Of a stretch of DNA of 64,000 nt, positions 55,501 to 64,000 are shown piece by piece; within the stretch, counting starts at the first letter, position 1, and the number at the start of each line of letters is the position of its first letter. Under the pieces are notes generated by a model. It saw nothing but the letters and a program-made list of their open reading frames with translations, was not told the origin of the DNA and did not search any database. The stretch is taken from assembly GCA_964016885.1 (NCBI GenBank), contig OZ024759.1, positions 5,704,001 to 5,768,000 on the forward strand, read 5' to 3'. The translations under genes and the position numbers were made by a program. This DNA is from Eledone cirrhosa. Its lineage: Eukaryota.

Positions 55501-57338
55501 TAAGTTCATGGTATTAGCTGTCAGAAGTAACTCCACTGTTGGTGAGAATTCATTTAAGTCATGGTATTACCTGTCAGAAGTAACTCCAATGTTGGTGAGA
55601 ATTCATTTAAGTCATGGTACTAGCTGTCAGAAGTAACTCCAATGTTGGTGAGAATTCATTTAAGTTCATGGTATTAGCTGTCAGAAGTAACTCCACTGTT
55701 GGTGAGAATTCATTTAAGTTCATGGTATTAGCTGTCAGAAGTAACTCCACTGTTGGTGAGAATTCATTTAATTTCATGGTATTAGCTGTCAGAAGTAACT
55801 CCACTGTTGGTGAGAATTCATTTAAGTTCATGGTACTAGCTGTCAGAAGTAACTCCACTGTTCGTGAGAATTCATTTAAGTTCATGGTATTAGCTGTCAG
55901 AAGTCACTCCAATGTTGGTGAGAATTCATTTAAGTTCATGGTATTAGCTGTCAGAAGTCACTCCACTGTGGGTGAGAATTCATTTAAGTTCATGGTACTA
56001 GCTGTCAGAAGTAAACCCCATGTTGGTGAGAATTCATTTAAGTTCATGGTATTAGCTGTCAGAAGTCACTCCAATGTTGGTGAGAATTCATTTAAGTTCA
56101 TGGTATTAGCTGTCAGAAGTAACTCCACTGTTGGTGAGAATTCATTTAAGTTCATGGTATTAGCTGTCAGAAGTAACTCCACTGTTGGTGAGAATTCATT
56201 TAAGTTCATGGTATTAGCTGTCAGAAGGAACTCCACTGTTGGTGAGAATTCATTTAAGTTCATGGTACTAGCTGTCAGAAGTAACTCCACTGTTGGTGAG
56301 AATTCATTTAAGTTCATGGTATCAGTTTGTCAGAAGCAACTCCACTGTTGGTGAGAATTCATTTAAGTCATGGTATTAGTTGTCAGAAGTAACTCCAATG
56401 TTGGGTAGAATTCATTTAAGTCATGGTACTAGCTGTCAGAAGTAACTCCAATGTTGGTGAGAATTCATTTAAGTTCATGGTATTAGCTGTCAGAAGGAGC
56501 TCCACTTTTGGTGAGAATTCATTTAAGTTCATGGTATTAGCTGTCAGAAGTAACTCCACTGTTGGTGAGAATTCATTTAAGTTCATGGTATTAGCTGTCA
56601 GAAGTAACTCCGCTTTTGGTGAGAATTCATTTAAGTTCATGGTATTAGCTGTCAGAAGTAACTCCACTGTTGGTGAGAATTCATTTAAGTTCATGGTATT
56701 AGCTGTCAGAAGGAACTCCAATGTTGGTGAGAATTCATTTAAGTCATGGTACTAGCTGTCAGAAGTAACTCCAATGTTGGTGAGAATTCATTTAAGTTCA
56801 TGGTATTAGCTGTCAGAAGGAACTCCACTGTTGGTGAGAATTCATTTAAGTTCATGGTATTAGCTGTCAGAAGTAACTCCACTGTTGGTGAGAATTCATT
56901 TAAGTTCATGGTACTAGCTGTCAGAAGTAAACCCCATGTTGGTGAGAATTCATTTAAGTTCATGGTATTAGCTGTCAGAAGTCACTCCAATGTTGGTGAG
57001 AATTCATTTAAGTTCATGGTATTAGCTGTCAGAAGTAACTCCACTGTTGGTGAGAATTCATTTAAGTTCATGGTATTAGCTGTCAGAAGGAACTCCACTG
57101 TTGGTGAGAATTCATTTAAGTTCATGGTACTCGCTGTCAGAAGTAACTCCACTGTTGGTGAGAATTCATTTAAGTTCATGGTATTAGTTTGTCAGAAGTA
57201 ACTCCACTGTTGGTGAGAATTCATTTAAGTCATGGTATTAGTTGTCAGAAGTAACTCCAATGTTGGTGAGAATTCATTTAAGTCATGGTACTAGCTGTCA
57301 GAAGGAACTCAACTTTTGGTGAGAATTCATTTAAGTTC
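52599..57338. repeat. Sub-family C domain: 55-monomer (2962 bp) period made of 1831-bp and 1131-bp related sub-blocks
   Basis: Landmarks 52652/55614, 53461/56423, 53784/56746 and 54323/57285 have offset 2962. Landmarks 52652/54483 and 53461/55292 have offset 1831. Markers are AGTCAC, AAACCCCAT, ATCAGTTTG..AAGCAAC, GGAGCTCC, TTCGTG and GGGTAGAA. Confidence 0.85.
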
Positions 57339-58092
57339 ATGGTATTAGCTGTCAGAAGTCACTCCAATGTTGGTGAGAATTCATTTAAGTTCATGGTATT
57401 AGCTGTCAGAAGTCACTCCACTGTTGGTGAGAATTCATTTAAGTTCATGGTACTAGCTGTCAGAAGTAAACCCCATGTTGGTGAGAATTCATTTAAGTTC
57501 ATGGTATTAGCTGTCAGAAGTCACTCCAATGTTGGTGAGAATTCATTTAAGTTCATGGTATTAGCTGTCAGAAGTAACTCCACTGTTGGTGAGAATTCAT
57601 TTAAGTTCATGGTATTAGCTGTCAGAAGTAACTCCACTGTTGGTGAGAATTCATTTAAGTTCATGGTATTAGCTGTCAGAAGGAACTCCACTGTTGGTGA
57701 GAATTCATTTAGGTTCATGGTATTAGCTGTCAGAAGGAACTCCACTGTTGGTGAGAATTCATTTAAGTTCATGGTATTAGCTGTCAGAAGTAACTCCACT
57801 GTTGGTGAGAATTCATTTAAGTTCATGGTACTAGCTGTCAGAAGTAACTCCAATGTTGGTGAGAATTCATTTAGGTTCATGGTATTAGCTGTCAGAAGGA
57901 ACTCACTGTTGGTGAGAATTCATTTAAGTTCATGGTATTAGCTGTCAGAAGTAACTCCACTGTTGGTGAGAATTCATTTAAGTTCATGGTACTAGCTGTC
58001 AGAAGTAACTCCAATGTTGGTGAGAATTCATTTAAGTTCATGGTATTAGCTGTCAGAAGTAACTCCACTGTTGGTGAGAATTCATTTAAGTC

Positions 58093-61000
58093 ATGGTATT
58101 AGCTGTCAGAAGTAACTCCAATGTTGGTGAGAATTCATTTAAGTTCATGGTATTAGCTGTCAGAAGTAACTCCACTGTTGGTGAGAATTCATTTAAGTTC
58201 ATGGTATTAGCTGTCAGAAGTAACTCCACTGTTGGTGAGAATTCATTTAAGTTCATGGTACTAGCTGTCAGAAGTAACTCCACTGTTGGTGAGAATTCAT
58301 TTAAGTTCATGCTATTAGTTTGTCAGAAGTAACTCCACTGTTGGTGAGAATTCATTTAAGTCATGGTATTAGTTGTCAGAAGTAACTCCAATGTTGGTGA
58401 GAATTCATTTAAGTTCATGGTATTAGCTGTCAGAAGTAACTCCACTGTTGGTGAGAATTCATTTAAGTTCATGGTATTAGCTGTCAGAAGGAACTCCAAT
58501 GTTGGTGAGAATTCATTTAAGTCATGGTACTAGCTGTCAGAAGTAACTCCACTGTTGGTGAGAATTCATTTAAGTTCATGGTATTAGCTGTCAGAAGGAA
58601 CGCCACTGTTGGTGAGAATTCATTTAAGTTCATGGTATTAGCTGTCAGAAGTAACTCCACTGTTGGTGAGAATTCATTTAAGTTCATGGTACTAGCTGTC
58701 AGAAGTAACTCCAATGTTGGTGAGAATTCATTTAAGTTCATGGTATTAGCTGTCAGAAGGAACTCCACTGTTGGTGAGAATTCATTTAAGGTCATGGTAT
58801 TAGCTGTCAGAAGTAACTCCACTGTTGGTGAGAATTCATTTAAGTCATGGTACTAGCTGTCAGAAGTAACTCCATTGTTGGTGAGAGTTCATTTAAGTTC
58901 ATGGTATTAGCTGTCAGAAGTAACTCCAATGTTGGTGAGAATTCATTTAAGTTCATGGTATTAGCTGTCAGAAGTAACTCCACTGTTGGTGAGAATTCAT
59001 TTAAGTTCATGGTATTAGCTGTCAGAAGTAACTCCACTGTTGGTGAGAATTCATTTAAGTTCATGGTACTAGCTGTCAGAAGTAACTCCACTGTTGGTGA
59101 GAATTCATTTAAGTTCATGGTATTAGCTGTCAGAAGTAACTCCACTGTTGGTGAGAATTCATTTAAGTCATGGTATTAACTGTCAGAAGTCACTCCAATG
59201 TTGGTGAGAATTCATTTAAGTTCATGGTATTAGCTGTCAGAAGTCACTCCACTTTTGGTGAGAATTCATTTAAGTTCATGGTACTAGCTGTCAGAAGTAA
59301 CCCCAATGTTGGTGAGAATTCATTTAAGTTCATGGTATTAGCTGTCAGAAGTCACTCCAATGTTGGTGAGAATTCATTTAAGTTCATGGTATTAGCTGTC
59401 AGAAGTAACTCCACTGTTGGTGAGAATTCATTTAAGTTCATGGTATTAGCTGTCAGAAGTAACTCCACTGTTGGTGAGAATTCATTTAAGTCATGGTACT
59501 CGCTGTCAGAAGTAACTCCACTGTTGGTGAGAATTCATTTAAGTTATGGTATTAGCTGTCAGAAGTAACTCCAATGTTGGTGAGAATTCATTTAGGTTCA
59601 TGGTATTAGCTGTCAGAAGGAACTCCACTGTTGGTGAGAATTCATTTAAGTTCATGGTATTAGCTGTCAGAAGTAACTCCACTGTTGGTGAGAATTCATT
59701 TAAGTTCATGGTACTAGCTGTCAGAAGTAACTCCAATGTTGGTGAGAATTCATTTAAGTTCATGGTATTAGCTGTCAGAAGTAACTCCACTGTTGGTGAG
59801 AATTCATTTAAGTCATGGTATTAGCTGTCAGAAGTAACTCCAATGTTGGTGAGAATTCATTTAAGTTCATGGTATTAGCTGTCAGAAGTAACTCCACTGT
59901 TGGTGAGAATTCATTTAAGTTCATGGTATTAGCTGTCAGAAGTAACTCCACTGTTTATGAGAATTCATTTAAGTTCATGGTACTAGCTGTCAGAAGTAAC
60001 TCCACTGTTGGTGAGAATTCATTTAAGTTCATGCTATTAGTTTGTCAGAAGTAACTCCACTGTTGGTGAGAATTCATTTAAGTCATGGTATTAGTTGTCA
60101 GAAGTAACTCCAATGTTGGTGAGAATTCATTTAAGTTCATGGTATTAGCTGTCAGAAGTAACTCCACTGTTGGTGAGAATTCATTTAAGTTCATGGTATT
60201 AGCTGTCAGAAGGAACTCCAATGTTGGTGAGAATTCATTTAAGTCATGGTACTAGCTGTCAGAAGTAACTCCACTGTTGGTGAGAATTCATTTAAGTTCA
60301 TGGTATTAGCTGTCAGAAGGAACGCCACTGTTGGTGAGAATTCATTTAAGTTCATGGTATTAGCTGTCAGAAGTAACTCCACTGTTGGTGAGAATTCATT
60401 TAAGTTCATGGTACTAGCTGTCAGAAGTAACTCCAATGTTGGTGAGAATTCCTTTAAGTTCATGGTATTAGCTGTCAGAAGGAACTCCACTGTTGGTGAG
60501 AATTCATTTAAGTTCATGGTATTAGCTGTCAGAAGTAACTCCACTGTTGGTGAGAATTCATTTAAGTCATGGTACTAGCTGTCAGAAGTAACTCCATTGT
60601 TGGTGAGAGTTCATTTAAGTTCATGGTATTAGCTGTCAGAAGTAACACCAATGTTGGTGAGAATTCATTTAAGTTCATGGTATTAGCTGTCAGAAGTAAC
60701 TCCACTGTTGGTGAGAATTCATTTAAGTTCATGGTATTAGCTGTCAGAAGTAACTCCACTGTTGGTGAGAATTCATTTAAGTTCATGGTACTAGCTGTCA
60801 GAAGTAACACCACTGTTGGTGAGAATTCATTTAAGTTCATGGTATTAGTTTGTCAGAAGTAACTCCACTATTGGTGAGAATTCATTTAAGTCATGGTATT
60901 AGTTGTCAGAAGTAACTCCAATGTTGGTGAGAATTCATTTAAGTTCATGGTACTAGCTGTCAGAAGTAACTCCACTGTTGGTGAGAATTCATTTAAGTTC

Positions 61001-64000
61001 ATGGTATTAGCTGTCAGAAGTAACTCCACTGTTGGTGAGAATTCATTTAAGTCATGGTATTAGCTGTCAGAAGTCACTCCAATGTTGGTGAGAATTCATT
61101 TAAGTTCATGGTATTAGCTGTCAGAAGTCACTCCACTTTTGGTGAGAATTCATTTAAGTTCATGGTACTAGCTGTCAGAAGTAACCCCAATGTTGGTGAG
61201 AATTCATTTAAGTTCATGGTATTAGCTGTCAGAAGTCACTCCAATGTTGGTGAGAATTCATTTAAGTTCATGGTATTAGCTGTCAGAAGTAACTCCACTG
61301 TTGGTGAGAATTCATTTAAGTTCATGGTATTAGCTGTCAGAAGTAACTCCACTGTTGGTGAGAATTCATTTAAGTTCATGGTATTAGCTGTCAGAAGTAA
61401 CTCCACTGTTGGTGAGAATTCATTTAAGTCATGGTACTCGCTGTCAGAAGTAACTCCACTGTTGGTGAGAATTCATTTAAGTTCATGGTATTAGCTGTCA
61501 GAAGGAACGCCACTGTTGGTGAGAATTCATTTAAGTTCATGGTACTAGCTGTCAGAAGTAACTCCAATCTTGGTGAGAATTCATTTAAGTTCATGCTATT
61601 AGTTTGTCAGAAGTAACTCCACTGTTGGTGAGAATTCATTTAAGTCATGGTATTAGTTGTCAGAAGTAACTCCAATGTTGGTGAGAATTCATTTAAGTTC
61701 ATGGTATTAGCTGTCAGAAGTAACTCCACTGTTGGTGAGAATTCATTTAAGTTCATGGTATTAGCTGTCAGAAGGAACTCCAATGTTGGTGAGAATTCAT
61801 TTAAGTCATGGTACTAGCTGTCAGAAGTAACTCCACTGTTGGTGAGAATTCATTTAAGTTCATGGTATTAGCTGTCAGAAGGAACGCCACTGTTGGTGAG
61901 AATTCATTTAAGTTCATGGTATTAGCTGTCAGAAGTAACTCCACTGTTGGTGAGAATTCATTTAAGTTCATGGTACTAGCTGTCAGAAGTAACTCCAATG
62001 TTGGTGAGAATTCATTTAAGTTCATGGTATTAGCTGTCAGAAGGAACTCCACTGTTGGTGAGAATTCATTTAAGGTCATGGTATTAGCTGTCAGAAGTAA
62101 CTCCACTGTTGGTGAGAATTCATTTAAGTCATGGTACTAGCTGTCAGAAGTAACTCCATTGTTGGTGAGAGTTCATTTAAGTTCATGGTATTAGCTGTCA
62201 GAAGTAACTCCAATGTTGGTGAGAATTCATTTAAGTTCATGGTATTAGCTGTCAGAAGTAACTCCACTGTTGGTGAGAATTCATTTAAGTTCATGGTATT
62301 AGCTGTCAGAAGTAACTCCACTGTTGGTGAGAATTCATTTAAGTTCATGGTACTAGCTGTCAGAAGTAACTCCACTGTTGGTGAGAATTCATTTAAGTTC
62401 ATGGTATTAGTTTGTCAGAAGTAACTCCACTGTTGGTGAGAATTCATTTAAGTCATGGTATTAGTTGTCAGAAGTAACTCCAATGTTGGTGAGAATTCAT
62501 TTAAGTTCATGGTACTAGCTGTCAGAAGTAACTCCACTGTTGGTGAGAATTCATTTAAGTTCATGGTATTAGCTGTCAGAAGTAACTCCACTGTTGGTGA
62601 GAATTCATTTAAGTCATGGTATTAGCTGTCAGAAGTCACTCCAATGTTGGTGAGAATTCATTTAAGTTCATGGTATTAGCTGTCAGAAGTCACTCCACTT
62701 TTGGTGAGAATTCATTTAAGTTCATGGTACTAGCTGTCAGAAGTAACCCCAATGTTGGTGAGAATTCATTTAAGTTCATGGTATTAGCTGTCAGAAGTCA
62801 CTCCAATGTTGGTGAGAATTCATTTAAGTTTATGGTATTAGCTGTCAGAAGTAACTCCACTGTTGGTGAGAATTCATTTAAGTTCATGGTATTAGCTGTC
62901 AGAAGTAACTCCACTGTTGGTGAGAATTCATTTAAGTCATGGTACTCGCTGTCAGAAGTAACTCCACTGTTGGTGAGAATTCATTTAAGTTATGGTATTA
63001 GCTGTCAGAAGTAACTCCAATGTTGGTGAGAATTCATTTAGGTTCATGGTATTAGCTGTCAGAAGGAACTCAACTGTTGGTGAGAATTCATTTAAGTTCA
63101 TGGTATTAGCTGTCAGAAGTAACTCCACTGTTGGTGAGAATTCATTTAAGTTCATGGTACTAGCTGTCAGAAGTAACTCCAATGTTGGTGAGAATTCATT
63201 TAAGTTCATGGTATTAGCTGTCAGAAGTAACTCCACTGTTGGTGAGAATTCATTTAAGTCATGGTATTAGCTGTCAGAAGTAACTCCAATGTTGGTGAGA
63301 ATTCATTTAAGTTCATGGTATTAGCTGTCAGAAGTAACTCCACTGTTGGTGAGAATTCATTTAAGTTCATGGTATTAGCTGTCAGAAGTAACTCCACTGT
63401 TGGTGAGAATTCATTTAAGTTCATGGTACTAGCTGTCAGAAGTAACTCCACTGTTGGTGAGAATTCATTTAAGTTCATGCTATTAGTTTGTCAGAAGTAA
63501 CTCCACTGTTGGTGAGAATTCATTTAAGTCATGGTATTAGTTGTCAGAAGTAACTCCAATGTTGGTGAGAATTCATTTAAGTTCATGGTATTAGCTGTCA
63601 GAAGTAACTCCACTGTTGGTGAGAATTCATTTAAGTTCATGGTATTAGCTGTCAGAAGGAACTCCAATGTTGGTGAGAATTCATTTAAGTCATGGTACTA
63701 GCTGTCAGAAGTAACTCCACTGTTGGTGAGAATTCATTTAAGTTCATGGTATTAGCTGTCAGAAGGAACGCCACTGTTGGTGAGAATTCATTTAAGTTCA
63801 TGGTATTAGCTGTCAGAAGTAACTCCACTGTTGGTGAGAATTCATTTAAGTTCATGGTACTAGCTGTCAGAAGTAACTCCAATGTTGGTGAGAATTCATT
63901 TAAGTTCATGGTATTAGCTGTCAGAAGGAACTCCACTGTTGGTGAGAATTCATTTAAGGTCATGGTATTAGCTGTCAGAAGTAACTCCACTGTTGGTGAG
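58093..64000. repeat. Sub-family D domain: variable-length HOR (1722, 1562, 1884 bp = 32, 29, 35 monomers)
   Basis: The marker monomer ATGCTATTAGTTTG ends ORFs at 58332, 60054, 61616 and 63500. Other markers are GAGAGTTC (about 58884, 60606, 62168), AACCCCAAT (about 59299, 61183, 62745), AAGGTC and TTTAGG. Offset 3446 holds for 59170/62616, 59546/62992 and 59815/63261. Confidence 0.82.

Larger units (their letters stand above)
1..64000. repeat. Tandem satellite DNA array, 54-bp monomer, about 1,190 copies in one orientation, extending past both window edges
   Basis: Consensus ATGGTATTAGCTGTCAGAAGTAACTCCACTGTTGGTGAGAATTCATTTAAGTTC repeats directly head-to-tail from base 1 to 64000. Monomers usually differ from consensus by 0-3 changes. 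GAATTC lies at monomer positions 39-44. The common 53-bp variant is AAGTTC>AAGTC. No spacer or unique sequence was seen. Confidence 0.99.

Noticed and set aside
1-64000. CRISPR array or other repeat-spacer system
   Set aside because: There are no unique spacers. The whole 54 bp is conserved between units, and no cas genes or leader are present.
1-64000. Programmed frameshift, phase-variation or antigen-cassette system suggested by recurring SWY and VCQK ORF ends
   Set aside because: These ends simply reflect two inherited indel variants copied with the HORs. No expression site, recombinase or unique flank is present in the window.
1-64000. Recurrent 1-bp deletions (AAGTTC>AAGTC, GAGAATTC>GAGATTC) as sequencing errors
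   Set aside because: They occupy fixed HOR positions and are linked to specific substitutions across duplicated copies, which random errors would not be. Isolated singletons could still be errors.
1-64000. CENP-B box or telomeric repeat
   Set aside because: The consensus lacks CpG, so it cannot contain the TTCG....A..CGGG core. No TTAGGG-type tandem runs were seen.
1-64000. Rolling-circle or synthetic concatemer artefact
   Set aside because: Heritable variants with nested duplications and domain zoning indicate evolutionary history rather than repeated copying of a single template.
1-64000. Embedded transposon, inversion, tRNA/5S unit or promoter (CCAAT in AAT-variant monomers)
   Set aside because: No non-satellite or reverse-orientation segment was seen on reading through. 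The unit has no recognisable structural-RNA features, and a lone 5-bp motif is not evidence of a promoter.
1-64000. Assignment to a named satellite family or species
   Set aside because: I do not reliably recognise the monomer, and an EcoRI site alone is not diagnostic. A database search is needed.

Overview
The whole 64 kb window is one uninterrupted, head-to-tail, single-orientation tandem array of a 54-bp monomer, roughly 1,190 copies (window length divided by about 53.8 bp). The consensus is ATGGTATTAGCTGTCAGAAGTAACTCCACTGTTGGTGAGAATTCATTTAAGTTC (20/54 GC, one EcoRI site, no CpG). I see no genes, RNA genes, transposons, CRISPR spacers or unique sequence. All ORFs in the track come from a 54-bp unit that is stop-free in one frame on each strand. 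The most likely identity is eukaryotic satellite DNA, possibly centromeric or pericentromeric; this is inference, and I cannot name the organism or family. The informative signal lies in the order of variant monomers. 3- and 5-monomer words build 431-bp 8-mers, a 1399-bp 26-mer higher-order repeat (HOR) is present, and there are nested duplications with offsets of about 2.26, 2.96, 3.34, 3.45, 3.88 and 8.0 kb. Chimeric monomers mark individual breakpoints, and diagnostic variants are zoned, with a sharp change of sub-family at about 50-52 kb. I do not find evidence for a new protein-coding system.
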